This document shows positions 13,492-26,619 of a stretch of DNA of 64,000 bases, in pieces. Source of the stretch: Octopus bimaculoides (taxonomy: Eukaryota); NCBI RefSeq assembly GCF_001194135.2, contig NC_068999.1, positions 45,148,885-45,212,884 of the forward strand, in the 5' to 3' direction. The position numbers and the translations under genes are program-made. Each line of letters opens with the position of its first letter. Position 1 is the first letter of the stretch. The notes beneath the pieces were generated by a model that searched no databases, was not told where the DNA came from, and saw only the letters and a program-made list of their open reading frames with translations.

Positions 13492-13701
13492 GCAATGTGG
13501 TGCCGAAAAGTTCCTGGCTTTAACGGTATAGTGAAAGGCCTGGTTTCAGGCCCAACCTGCCAAGTTCTATTACAGGACTTAGAAAAACTGAATAAGTGGG
13601 TGAGTCTAATTGGGGAATGTGTTGAATAAAATCATGATTAACTAATCCTCATGAATGTTCTTTTACCAAAATTTGGGAAATTTTCAGCCCCCCCCCCTCG
13701 T
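13492..13701 (+). mobile_element. Internally deleted mariner element (MITE), copy 1
   Basis: Left end ggtgccgaaaagttcctggcttt, right end ttttcagccccccccctcgt. Retains the mariner C-terminal GECVE* (GxYVE-like) at 13612-13629. Confidence 0.75.
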
Positions 13702-13745
13702 GTGTGTTTGTGTATATATATATATATATACACACACACACATAC

Positions 13746-13782
<37 letters not shown>

Positions 13783-13784
13783 AT

Positions 13785-14040
13785 CATCGTCATTTAAGGT
13801 CTGCTTTCCATGCTAGCATGGGTTGGACGATTTGACTGAGGACTGGTGAACCAGAAGGCTGCACCAGGCTCCAATCTGATTTGGCAGAGTTTCTACAGCT
13901 GGATGCCCTTCCTAATACCAACTACTCCGAGAGTGTAGTGGGTGCTTTTATGTGCCACCAGCACAAAGGCCAGTCCAGCGGCACTGGCAACAATCTCGCT
14001 TGAATGTCTTTACACGTGCCACCGACACAAGTGCCAGGAA
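13785..14040 (-). mobile_element. SINE family C
   Basis: tccatgctagcatgggttggacgatttgactgaggactggtgaacc...gggtgcttttatgtgccacc. Confidence 0.85.
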
Positions 14041-14598
14041 GGCGACAGATATTTCTTATTGTTGTGTTATTGCTTACTTATTATGAAGAAGTTCTGAGCT
14101 GCTATTATTGGCTGGAATAATAGCAGAATGAGCAACAGCGATCAACAGAAAGAAACGGTGAAGAACTTCATAGAGGAATGAAAACTGGGATATGAAGAGA
14201 TGGCTAAGACTAAGTGCAACAATGTAGGGTGTCATCATTTGCCAGCGGAATACAACAAAGATACTGCAGGGTGTTGCAGCTTTGAGTTAAGTGAGTCGCA
14301 GATGGTATTTATTTGAGTAGGCTGATTTCCTTAGAGATAGCAGCGAAATGGCTAGAAGAGAAGGGTTTTTCATGAAGCAAAGAAATAGAGCATTATTTGG
14401 CACTGCCAAAGAGTGCAATGCAATTAAAATGTGATGAAATGATTGCCATCTGCAAACAACAGCTGTTAAGGAAGATGCGCTTGCACCACTGCAGAATCTG
14501 CACATTGTTGCAGTTTTACTTACACACATACACCTATATACATATATATATATATACAGACACACATATGAACACAAAAATAAGCATATACATACACG

Positions 14599-14648
<50 letters not shown>

Positions 14649-15540
14649 NNNNNNNNNNNNNNNNNNNNNNNNNNNNNNNNNNNNNNNNNNNNNNNNNNNN
14701 NNNNNNNNNNNNNNNNNNNNNNNNNNNNNNNNNNNNNNNNNNNNNNNNNNNNNNNNNNNNNNNNNNNNNNNNNNNNNNNNNNNNNNNNNNNNNNNNNNNN
14801 NNNNNNNNNNNNNNNNNNNNNNNNNNNNNNNNNNNNNNNNNNNNNNNNNNNNNNNNNNNNNNNNNNNNNNNNNNNNNNNNNNNNNNNNNNNNNNNNNNNN
14901 NNNNNNNNNNNNNNNNNNNNNNNNNNNNNNNNNNNNNNNNNNNNNNNNNNNNNNNNNNNNNNNNNNNNNNNNNNNNNNNNNNNNNNNNNNNNNNNNNNNN
15001 NNNNNNNNNNNNNNNNNNNNNNNNNNNNNNNNNNNNNNNNNNNNNNNNNNNNNNNNNNNNNNNNNNNNNNNNNNNNNNNNNNNNNNNNNNNNNNNNNNNN
15101 NNNNNNNNNNNNNNNNNNNNNNNNNNNNNNNNNNNNNNNNNNNNNNNNNNNNNNNNNNNNNNNNNNNNNNNNNNNNNNNNNNNNNNNNNNNNNNNNNNNN
15201 NNNNNNNNNNNNNNNNNNNNNNNNNNNNNNNNNNNNNNNNNNNNNNNNNNNNNNNNNNNNNNNNNNNNNNNNNNNNNNNNNNNNNNNNNNNNNNNNNNNN
15301 NNNNNNNNNNNNNNNNNNNNNNNNNNNNNNNNNNNNNNNNNNNNNNNNNNNNNNNNNNNNNNNNNNNNNNNNNNNNNNNNNNNNNNNNNNNNNNNNNNNN
15401 NNNNNNNNNNNNNNNNNNNNNNNNNNNNNNNNNNNNNNNNNNNNNNNNNNNNNNNNNNNNNNNNNNNNNNNNNNNNNNNNNNNNNNNNNNNNNNNNNNNN
15501 NNNNNNNNNNNNNNNNNNNNNNNNNNNNNNNNNNNNNNNN
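14649..15540. other. Assembly gap (largest of 13)
   Basis: N runs. Others at about 20670-21382, 23214-23681, 26227-26328, 31600-31937, 34548-34678, 42318-42750, 44878-44887, 48906-48914, 51241-51737, 56154-56354, 57667-57827 and 61168-61431. Confidence 0.99.
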
Positions 15541-16244
15541 GCTTTTTTAGGGGAAAAGATGCATAACATTATGAAATAAATTTGAAAAAGGAAAAAAATA
15601 AAGAAAAAAATCGATAATGTTTTTGGATGTGTAGTGAAGAACAGAACAAAAAAAATATATAAATAAATACACGTATCCTAAGGTGACAAGTATTAGGTTT
15701 TATAGTAACAAAACAAACAAATAATAATAATAATAATATTAACAAGAATAATGATAATAATACGCAGTAAAAGAGAAAGTAAGATAAGAGAGAAAAAGTG
15801 GGGGAAAATGAGAGAGAGAGAGAGAGAGAGAGAAGGAAAAAGAGAGACAGAGAAAGGGAGAGGGATACGAGTTGAATGGCAAAAGAAAGAAATGAAGAAA
15901 GAACATGACAGATGGCATATTCTCAGTAATTTCAACAGAAAAATTTCAATTATTTTGTATTCCTTATTTTTGATGTCAATTGGGAAACAATGGCATCATT
16001 CGTTTACAGGTTTCCAGAGGACTAGACCAAATGGTTCACTTCATTTCTGACAATGGCAGTGACAAGGGAGTGCCTCTCACTCAATGCAGAACAAACATCC
16101 CAAAGGAATCCCTTCATAAAGCAGTTCTTTACTTTTTTCTCTCTCTCCCTCTCTCTTTCTGGCTTCCTTAGTGGTGTTCGTTTGTTTATGGCTTTCGCTA
16201 TTACACATACACCAGTAATATATATATATTATTATAGGTGCAGG

Positions 16245-16400
16245 AGTGGCTGTGTGGTAAGTAGCTTGCTTACCAACCACATGGTCCCAAGTTCATTCCC
16301 ACTGCATGGCACCTTGGACAAGTGTCTTCTACTATAGCCTCAGGCCAACCAAAGCCGTCTAGATGGATTTGGTAGACAGAAACTGAAAGAAGCTCGCTGT
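16245..16400 (+). mobile_element. SINE family A 5' half
   Basis: ggtgcaggagtggctgtgtggtaagtagc...gaaactgaaagaagc. Confidence 0.85.
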
Positions 16401-16421
16401 ATATATGTGTGTGTGTGTGTG

Positions 16422-16487
<66 letters not shown>

Positions 16488-16659
16488 CTGAGAATTTCTC
16501 TCAATTTTAATCACTTCATTCATTCATTTTACCCACATCATTACTAATATATACTTTCATAAAATGTAATTATTTATATTAGTTCTTCAGATAACTTCCA
16601 AATTGTAAACTCTTTCTTTAAAATAATCCTTTTCTAGTTTATCACTCTGGCTAAATATA

Positions 16660-16815
16660 ATGGGCTTCTTTCAGTTTCCGTCAACCAAATCTACTCACAA
16701 GTTTTTGCTGGGCCCAGTGTTATAGTAGAAGACACTTGCCCAAGGTGCCATGCGTTGGGTCTGAACCTGGAGCCATGTGGTTGGAAAGCAAACTTCTTAC
16801 CACACAGCCAACCCT
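16660..16815 (-). mobile_element. SINE family A 5' half, inverted relative to 16245-16400
   Basis: gggcttctttcagtttccgtc...aacttcttaccacacagcc. Confidence 0.85.
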
Positions 16816-18029
16816 GTGCCTGACAACTTTTATTCATTATCATAAAATAAATCAGTTTATTTTTCTTTGGCGCTTCTTCACTTCAAAAACAGCCAAACTG
16901 TACTGGCACAAGAAAAATCAGAAGTAAAGAAAAGCCGTGACTACAGCGTGTTGTTAAGAGTACCACAAGGACCAAAAAATTCTAGTAAAAATGCATTTTC
17001 AAATTAGCTAAAAAAACAAAAACAAAATGCTGAATACAACTTCAAAAAAACACAAAAAAATACATAGTGGAAAGAACAAGAGCTGAATTTAAAAGATTAG
17101 TTCTTTTTTTCTTTCTTTTTTAATATCAATAAATTAGTCCAAATTACATTAGTTGGTTTTTATTTTTTGTTCTGTTTGGAGCTGGTATCATAGAAAATAA
17201 AGTATCTTTACTAATGCAATAAATCTATCAATTAATAAGAAACACTTTTAGAAAATTCCATTATTGTAATGGAAATTTGCTGCAGAATTCTAGCACTATC
17301 CAATTCCCCCCGGAACGACAATGAAAACAGCCTTTATATTAGTCAGATAGTCGTAGAATGACAGAAAACCGATTGGTTCTTCACTTAGAACGATGAAGCC
17401 AAGATAGGAGGAGGAAACGAACAAGAAAAGTACGTTGTTAAATGCTATGCAAACTACTAAAGGCATCCAAGCACTGTTAATACAAAAATATGGTAAGACA
17501 AGGTAGTAAAGTTATATCTGTTGACAGATAAATTGTTTGCGTTGTGTTACTTTTTTTTTGTACTGTTTTGTTTCTGATTTTGGTTTTTTTTTGTTCTTTT
17601 CTTGTTTTGTTTTGTTCTTCTTGGGGGGAGGATGAGGAGGAGGTGTTTTTTCTTTTGTTTATTTTTGGGGGCTTTTTTTTTGTCTGACATCAGACCGAGT
17701 TAGATTTTTCAGCAAAAGAAAGCACAAAGACGAGTATAAAGACACTGGTCAAATAATGAAGAAACAATTATTGCTATATTTATTCAAATTGAAATTTATG
17801 TGCAACAAGCAGACATCCGTGAATATGAAAGCTAATCAGACATTAATATAGAGAGAAATGTCCACAGAAATAATAACAGCTCTCTGATTCAGGTTGAAGA
17901 ATTTCATCAAGTAAACATGATATCTCGAGCCAATATCAAAATTTATACCTCAAAGATTAGATTGCCAGATATAAAAGTTAGATTAGATTTCTAAATATAA
18001 AATTTAGCAAAATAAATACAAATAAAGTC

Positions 18030-18230
18030 AGACATCATCATCACAATTTATTGCCTGTTTTCCATGCTGGCATGGGTTGGATGGTTTGATAGGAGCTAGA
18101 GAGCCAGAGGACCGTGCCATGCCCCACTGTCAGCTGCAGAATAGTTTCTACAGCCAGATGCACTTCTGAATGCCAATCATTTTACAGAGTGGACGGTGTG
18201 CTTTTTATGTGGCACCTGTACCAGGGGAGG
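18030..18230 (-). mobile_element. SINE family C
   Basis: catcatcatc...ttccatgctggcatgggttggatggtttg...gtgctttttatgtggcacc. Confidence 0.75.
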
Positions 18231-18234
18231 ATCA

Positions 18235-18488
18235 CAAGACAAAATCCCCTTGGCTGAAGAAGGAAGCAGTATTAAGTCTGGGCAAGGTTGTTTTATGGAA
18301 GACCAGCAGTCACCCCTGCATACCAGCCTCCACTCTCCACGCCACCGATGTTATCCAAAGGAAAGGTAAAGGGACCGATACAGCTTGGCACCAGTGGCGT
18401 AACTCATTTCTACAGCTGAGTGAACGGGAACAATGTGAAATAAAGTATCTTGCTCAAGAACACAGCACACAGCCCAGTTCAGGAATAC

Positions 18489-18519
<31 letters not shown>

Positions 18520-18670
18520 GGCACATATATGGGGTAAAGACCCCTGTCAGTTATGAATGATAATGGGGTTGCACCTCGAAAGTTCCCCACAACACACAGC
18601 CCAGTTCGGGAATCGAACTCACTGCCTCGTGATTGTGAGCCCAATGCTCTAACCACTGAGCCTTCACAAT
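18235..18670 (-). mobile_element. SINE family D, internally rearranged
   Basis: tRNA-like head (gggaatcgaactc, ctctaaccactgagcc) and body matching the plus-strand copy at 34900-35200. Confidence 0.8.
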
Positions 18671-18879
18671 GTGCAATACATCCTATTGTATACATCATGT
18701 TTCACAGGTAAGGTGACTGTAACAACACTTTTAAGATGCAACATATGTTCAGAAAATCTCTTCATGGAATAATGTGGCAACTGCTAATCTGTTAATTCAG
18801 AAAACAAAACACACCTGGAGCTGACAGGAGAAGGTGAGAAGGTTCTTTTGACAGCTTGGGAGATATTTAAGGGGCAGAA

Positions 18880-19385
18880 GAGAGAAACAAGGAGACCAAG
18901 ACAGACACAGAGAGAACAAGAGAGACAAAGAATCAAAGAGAGAGAGAGAGAGAGGGGGGAGAGAGAGACAGAGACAGATAGACAGACAGACAGGCACAGA
19001 AAGAGAGAGACACAGAGACAGATAGGTGCAGGGAGAGGGAGAGGAAGCAGAGAGACAGGGACAGAATGAGACAGTGATGAAGAAGAAGAAAGAGAGAGAT
19101 AGAGTGAGAAAGAGAGAGAGATAGTGAGAAAGAGAGAGAGAGTGAGAGAGAGAGAGAAAGAGAGTGAGAAAGAGAGACAAGGAACCAAAAAAACAACAAC
19201 AGAGATAGAGAGAGACAAACAGGCACAGAAAGGGGGAGAGAGAGAGGCAGAGAGCAAGAGAGAGGCAGAGAGCAAGAGAGAGGCAGAGAGAGGCAGAGAG
19301 AGCAAGAGAGAGAGAGAAGCAGAGAGACAAAGACAGAGAGCAAGAGAGAGGAAGTGGGAAAAGAGAGAGAGAGGGGGAAGAGAGG
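18880..19385. repeat. GA-rich compound microsatellite
   Basis: (AG)n/(AGAC)n; source of the spurious SL/RE ORFs. Confidence 0.9.
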
Positions 19386-19951
19386 AGTATTTTTCCGTAT
19401 CTGCACAAATGGTTGCTCCATTCTTTCTGGCTTCCAAACCATTTAGCCGGAATAGGAAAATAAAAAAAAGTTGCAGCAACAAAACCTCACAGAAGTTGGT
19501 ACGTTGTCTTTTGAGAATAGAGTAAAAACAAAAAGAAAAAAAACGAAAAAAAAAACAAAAAAATAAGAAAAGAGAAACTAGAGCCGAAACCTGTTTATTC
19601 AATGAAATAAACAGTGAAATTTCAGAAATCGTCAGAATTCTAGTCGAAAATATGTAAATAATTGCTGCAGTGAAAGATTAACACAATGAAATATTTTGTA
19701 AAAATTGAATATTACATGTTGATTTAGTTTATGTGTTGATGGAGAATAAAGCGGTGGCAGTGGAGAGGTCGATATCGTAATAATAATAATAATAATAATG
19801 ATTTCAAATTCGCATATCGTTTCTGTTGATAGGCCATGAATGTAATCAGATATAAAACAGATTTTTCCATCATTCCATGATGCTTTTATAATAATATTCA
19901 TGTCGTTTGAATTATCCAAATGTGATAAATGCTTCCAATTACACCATTACT

Positions 19952-19988
<37 letters not shown>

Positions 19989-20310
19989 AACACAAAACAC
20001 AGAAAAAAAAAAAGAAATCGAAGAATGTCTGAGAACCAGAACTTCAAAACCAAATAGGCAATTATCAAAAAAGAAAAAAAATAATAAAGAAAAGAAAAAG
20101 GGAAAAGGAAAGAAAGATGGAAAGAGAGAGGGAAAGAGAGAGAGAGAGAGAGAGACGGAGGGAGAGAGAGAAGAATACAGCCTACATATTTCAAGAGCAC
20201 ATTAGAGGAAATACAATTTCAGAATGTTATTGAATCTTAATTACCCACATACATATAATTAGAAAAAAAAGAAGAAAAACAAAACCATTTAACACTTATA
20301 TATATGTGTG

Positions 20311-20355
<45 letters not shown>

Positions 20356-20364
20356 TTATATACG

Positions 20365-20398
<34 letters not shown>

Positions 20399-20601
20399 TA
20401 CACACACACACATATATATATATATACACATACATACACACATATGTATACATATATATACATCTTTATATATATATACATATGTGATGTGTGTATGATC
20501 GTGTGTATATATATGTGTGTGCGTGTCTGTGTGTATGCACGTGTGTGTGTGTGTGTGTGTGTGTGTATGTATACAAACACAGCTAATATGAAATCACCAA
20601 C

Positions 20602-20666
20602 CTTATGGGAAATTGGTTTTCCATCCCCCACTGGTTTACCGGTACTGACTTCAAATAGATGAATTA
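20602..20666 (-). CDS. IFT80: Intraflagellar transport protein 80, internal exon (65 nt, phase 1 to phase 0)
   Basis: Translates (V)IHLFEVSTGKPVGDGKPISHK, matching vertebrate IFT80 [22 protein letters not shown], which directly precedes the 5401-5536 peptide. Donor gttggt. Only cag of the acceptor is visible before the gap at 20670. Confidence 0.92.
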
Positions 20667-21860
20667 CTGNNNNNNNNNNNNNNNNNNNNNNNNNNNNNNN
20701 NNNNNNNNNNNNNNNNNNNNNNNNNNNNNNNNNNNNNNNNNNNNNNNNNNNNNNNNNNNNNNNNNNNNNNNNNNNNNNNNNNNNNNNNNNNNNNNNNNNN
20801 NNNNNNNNNNNNNNNNNNNNNNNNNNNNNNNNNNNNNNNNNNNNNNNNNNNNNNNNNNNNNNNNNNNNNNNNNNNNNNNNNNNNNNNNNNNNNNNNNNNN
20901 NNNNNNNNNNNNNNNNNNNNNNNNNNNNNNNNNNNNNNNNNNNNNNNNNNNNNNNNNNNNNNNNNNNNNNNNNNNNNNNNNNNNNNNNNNNNNNNNNNNN
21001 NNNNNNNNNNNNNNNNNNNNNNNNNNNNNNNNNNNNNNNNNNNNNNNNNNNNNNNNNNNNNNNNNNNNNNNNNNNNNNNNNNNNNNNNNNNNNNNNNNNN
21101 NNNNNNNNNNNNNNNNNNNNNNNNNNNNNNNNNNNNNNNNNNNNNNNNNNNNNNNNNNNNNNNNNNNNNNNNNNNNNNNNNNNNNNNNNNNNNNNNNNNN
21201 NNNNNNNNNNNNNNNNNNNNNNNNNNNNNNNNNNNNNNNNNNNNNNNNNNNNNNNNNNNNNNNNNNNNNNNNNNNNNNNNNNNNNNNNNNNNNNNNNNNN
21301 NNNNNNNNNNNNNNNNNNNNNNNNNNNNNNNNNNNNNNNNNNNNNNNNNNNNNNNNNNNNNNNNNNNNNNNNNNNNNNNNNNTAATAATAATAATAATAA
21401 TAAAGAAAATGGTAAGTGGTGATAACTATGGAAAGAAAAGGCGGCAAACAAATGAAGCATGATATCAATGTAAATAAATAAAAAAAAAAGACTACAGAAA
21501 GAAGAAAACAGCATCAATCCTTGGTGCAGTTATTAGTTTAGTGTGTTAACCTAGGTGGACATAACCTAATCAGTAAAGCAATAAAGTATTGATCAGAAAA
21601 GGAAATGGTCTGGAATGAGATCAATATGGTTCTTTTTTTTTTTTTTTATATATTATGCTTCCTTATTTTTTTGATCAGGCTTGTGGTTTTATTTATTTTT
21701 TTTTTTTGGGTTTTTTTTTCTTTTACAACAGTTGGAACCATGAAACCAAAGAGAAGGGTACGAGAAAAAATTATTGTTCACATTTTTCTCAGTATACAAT
21801 ATACAGATTTTGTTTTCTGCTTCGTATACAGTTAGACTTATTATTATTATTATTATTAAG

Positions 21861-22346
21861 GGCGGCAAGCTGGTAGAATTGTTAGCACATTGGACGGAAT
21901 GCTTAGCAGTATTTTGCTCATTGCTATGTTCTGAGTTCAAGTTACACCGAGGTCCACTTTGCCTTTCATCCTTTCAGGGTCCATAAATTAAGTACCAGTG
22001 AAACACTGGGGTCGATGTTGTAGACTGGTCCCCCACTCCCTGAAAATTTCAAACCTTGTGTCTATAGCAGAAAGGATTATCATTATTATTATTATTATTA
22101 AGGGCGGCAAGCTGGTAGAATTGTTAGCATGATGGACGAAATGCTTAGCAGTATTTTGCCCAACGCTATGTTCTGAGTTCAAATTCCGCCAAGGTTGACT
22201 TTGTGTTTCATCAATTTGGGGTCAATAAATTAAGTACCAGTGAAACACTGGGGTCGATATTATCAACTAGTCCCCTCTCTGAAAATTTCAGACCTTGTAT
22301 CTATAGTAGAAAGGATTATTATTATCATTATTATTATTATTATTAT
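21861..22346 (+). mobile_element. Head-to-tail dimer of SINE family B, each with an (ATT)n tail
   Basis: Two copies of ggcggcaagctggtagaattgttagca...ataaattaagtaccagtgaaacactggggtcgat...agaaaggattatt; a third head fragment lies at about 22347-22360. Confidence 0.88.
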
Positions 22347-22473
22347 AATTGTTAGCACGCTGTATTGGTCAGCCAAGGTCTATAATAGAAAACCCACTTG
22401 CCCAAGGCGCCACAAAGAGGAACTGAATCTCAAACCATGTGATTACAAGAACTTGTTAACCACAGACACACAA

Positions 22474-22508
<35 letters not shown>

Positions 22509-22514
22509 CATATA

Positions 22515-22679
22515 TATACGACGGACTTCTTTCAGTTTCCGTCTACCAAATCCACTCACAAGGTTTTGGTCAGCCCGAAGCTATAGTAGAAGACACTTGC
22601 CCAAGGTGCCACGCAGTGGGACTGAACCCAGAACCATGTGTTTGGTAAGCAATCTACTTACCACATAGCAACTCCTGCA

Positions 22680-22685
<6 letters not shown>
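22515..22685 (-). mobile_element. SINE family A 5' half
   Basis: ttctttcagtttccgtctacc...cttaccacatagcaactcctgcacc. Confidence 0.85.
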
Positions 22686-22717
<32 letters not shown>

Positions 22718-23756
22718 TGCATACACAAAGACATTTTAATTCTTGGCAAATCAATATATTTCTCCACTTATTAACTCCTTTTCTGTATGTAACCTGCTTC
22801 CTCAACTCCCCCCAAATGCACACACATGCACACACACACGCATATGCACACACACACACAATGGCATGCTCATGTCACACACACACAAACACAACTCATG
22901 CACACACACAGAATTACATGTTAGTACTTCCGTATTACAGCATTTCCCTCCGGACATCATACAGCAATCTTTACATTGCATTCAAGGGAGATTACTAATC
23001 TGACAACAAATTTTTCTTTTTCTCCCCCCCCCCACCATTTTATTGAATAACTATTTTCATAAATGCTACTACTAAAACAACAACAACAGAAACAAAAATG
23101 AAAAGAACTGCTCCCAAGCCCAAGCCCTCTACCCCTTCCACACCATCCAGTCCCTGCTGCACCCCAACCAAAACTTTTTCCAAGTATTTCCTCAATTTAA
23201 TGTTACCTATCCANNNNNNNNNNNNNNNNNNNNNNNNNNNNNNNNNNNNNNNNNNNNNNNNNNNNNNNNNNNNNNNNNNNNNNNNNNNNNNNNNNNNNNN
23301 NNNNNNNNNNNNNNNNNNNNNNNNNNNNNNNNNNNNNNNNNNNNNNNNNNNNNNNNNNNNNNNNNNNNNNNNNNNNNNNNNNNNNNNNNNNNNNNNNNNN
23401 NNNNNNNNNNNNNNNNNNNNNNNNNNNNNNNNNNNNNNNNNNNNNNNNNNNNNNNNNNNNNNNNNNNNNNNNNNNNNNNNNNNNNNNNNNNNNNNNNNNN
23501 NNNNNNNNNNNNNNNNNNNNNNNNNNNNNNNNNNNNNNNNNNNNNNNNNNNNNNNNNNNNNNNNNNNNNNNNNNNNNNNNNNNNNNNNNNNNNNNNNNNN
23601 NNNNNNNNNNNNNNNNNNNNNNNNNNNNNNNNNNNNNNNNNNNNNNNNNNNNNNNNNNNNNNNNNNNNNNNNNNNNNNNNNCTATAAATATATATATATA
23701 TAGATAGATAGATAGACATATATATTATACATATATATATATATATATACATATAT

Positions 23757-23791
<35 letters not shown>

Positions 23792-25599
23792 AATGTCATG
23801 TTTGTGTGTACATAGATACAAATGTATATATGAAAATATGTAAATACTTATATAGACATGTATGAATGTATATATGTATGTATGTATATATATATATATA
23901 TATACGTACATACATACATATAGATAAATTGTACACACACACACATATATGTATGCATGGATGTACATCTATGTGTCTATATATTTATGTATGTACCTGT
24001 GTGTGTGAGTGTGTGCACACAAATCTGTCGGTGTGTCAGTATGTGCATGTGTGTGTGTATAACACAGATAACAACAAAAACAACAACAACAGTGATGATA
24101 ACATGGGGGCCTAGGGCAGTTCCAAAAGTTCTGCCTGATTTCACCTCAATTCCCTGGGAAACTATAATGGCTGGAAGCATATGTACTGCACCACCACCTC
24201 CACCACTACCACCACCACTACTACTGCTGTTGCTGCTACTACTACTACTATGCCAGAACAGAGAACTGCACTGCAATTTGCATGTTCTCAGTAAATAATA
24301 CCAGCTATCATTAAAGCCAACCTCTTCGTTGTATGTCACTGAAGAGGAAAATGATTCATAGGGTAGGTTAGCATGCTGAGGAGGTGGAGGGGACGAGGGT
24401 GTTGCTGGGACTGGCGTTTGGGGAGTTTCCCTGGTGGGAGAGGAGAGGGCAAAGGAAGTGAGGTTAGGAGGGAGGAGGTAAAAAATAAAAATGAAGTTAG
24501 GGGTGGATGTGTTTTCTAAACAGTTCATTCATTCTTTCATTGAAGCAAAGGAGATGGTGGTGGTGGTGGTGGTGGTAGTAGTGGTGGGGAAGGATGTGAG
24601 GGAATGGTGTGGTTAGGTGAGGGGGAGAAGCAGGTTGGGGGGATGGGCCATGCAGAGTGGGGGGGAGGGGGGCAAAGACCATTGGCCAGGACCCAGTTGA
24701 ACCGAGCTAGGAGGTTCTATTTTTAAGATTATTTCAAGAATTAGACAAAAGTGCGTTCTCATTGCACTCGCTAACCGAAACCAAGATAAAAGTGCAGAGA
24801 GGAGGAGGAGGAGAAAGAGAAAAAGAAGAAGAACAACAACAACAACAAGAACATGAAGAAGAACAAGAAGAAGAACAAGAAGAACAAGAAGATGATGGTG
24901 ATGATGATGATGATGACAACAACACATGGCAATTATATCATTAGTTGAATGAACTTATATGTATTAAGACAGTTAATTAGCGTTAAATACCAATAACTTG
25001 AGAAATTAAATATTTTCTTATATTTTTTTACATTATATTTTAATGCTACTTTTCATATTTTTTTTCTTATTTTCGCAATTTTTTTTATACTAATGTATAG
25101 CTTAGAAATGGCACTGAATACACACAGGCAACATTTCATTAAGAAGACAAAAAAAATAATTAACAACAACAACAACGACAATAATAATAATAATAATGAT
25201 AAAAATAATAATTTTATAAACATTATTAATTTTACATGTAGCATGAAAAAATATGAAAAAGAGAGGAGGGAGAAGAGAAAAAGCTTATATTCTCATTAAT
25301 GCTAATTATATACATATCAGGACTTCAGGTTTAAACTTTACATTGGTGTTGCTTTTGTTGCTACTGCTGTTGTTGTTGTTGTTGTTGTCATTAGAATTCC
25401 TTTATTTGTCAAAAGGTGAATACGTTTACATGGAATCTATTTTAATTTAGTTCACTGTACTCACACAGAAAGGGATCAGCTCGGACCTTCGCTAACTGAT
25501 TGAATTCTTAAATTTCTGAGATGAGAACCTTACAATTATTTTCCCTTTTTTTTCTTTACCTTGTTTCTGTTGTTGTCGTTGTCGGACAGTGGCAATTCT

Positions 25600-26060
25600 G
25601 CTGGGGCTCCACCGTCAAGGGGTTTAGTCAAACAATTCACCTGCAGTAATTAACATAATATACACAGGTGTGATAAAGAGTGTATTGGGTGCTTTTATGT
25701 GCTACCGGCATGAGTGCCATTTGCATGACACCAGTATCTGCCACAACCACAATTTTGTGCAGCTTGATGGGTCTTCTTTTCAACATAATGCCTCCATGAG
25801 ACCCAACACTCAAAAGGAACTCAGCCACTTTGCTTCCTTGGGGCCCAACGCTCAAGAGGAACTCAACCACTTTGCCTCTGTGAGGCCTAACACTCAAAAG
25901 GTCTTCCTTACATACCACCAGCACAGGTACCGGTTACGTGACACCAGCGTCAGCCACGGCTATGGTCTCACTTGGCTTGCCGGGTCTTCTTAAGCACAGC
26001 ATATCACCAAAGGTCGTCATCACTTGTCATCGCCTCTATGACGCTCAAAGTTTGAAGATC
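25600..26060 (-). mobile_element. SINE family C long variant with an internal 45-bp tandem duplication
   Basis: ccaacactcaaaaggaactcagccactttgc / ccaacgctcaagaggaactcaaccactttgc repeats; a related piece lies at 44890-45060. Confidence 0.7.
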
Positions 26061-26164
26061 ATGTTTCACACACACACACACAAACAGACCCACACACACA
26101 CATATTCTGTTAGTCTTTAATAGATTTCAGCCCTAAGGCTGTGGCCATGTTGGAGCACTGCCAG

Positions 26165-26226
<62 letters not shown>

Positions 26227-26619
26227 NNNNNNNNNNNNNNNNNNNNNNNNNNNNNNNNNNNNNNNNNNNNNNNNNNNNNNNNNNNNNNNNNNNNNNNNNN
26301 NNNNNNNNNNNNNNNNNNNNNNNNNNNNCATATATCAAATCAGATGATATATCTCTTTCTGTATGTTATGAGATGATGGTTTGTTATATTTCTACAAAAG
26401 CCATAAAATTAGAAACATGGTCTTTTTTAATTCCCATTTTTCAATAAAATTCCAAACAATATCAAACTCCACAACATACTTTTATTTATCAACTCTTTTC
26501 TATATCAGAGAATTAATGGCGAAAAATATTTATTTCCTCTCATTTACCTGTTCACTTTCTCTGTCTATCATCTCTTCCTTCCCCCTTTTATCTTTCCTCT
26601 TCATCTCTCTCTCTCTTTC

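Noticed and set aside
14100-14500. Unique-looking sequence with a faint resemblance to non-LTR retrotransposon C-terminal regions
   Set aside because: Multiple stops and no diagnostic motif; cannot be supported without a search.
16005-16130. Possible plus-strand exon (ttacag|VSRGLDQMVHFISDNGSDKG...)
   Set aside because: No convincing donor and no recognisable protein.
25468-25520. Minus-strand AG...GTGAGT pair resembling a small IFT80 exon
   Set aside because: Stops in all three frames.
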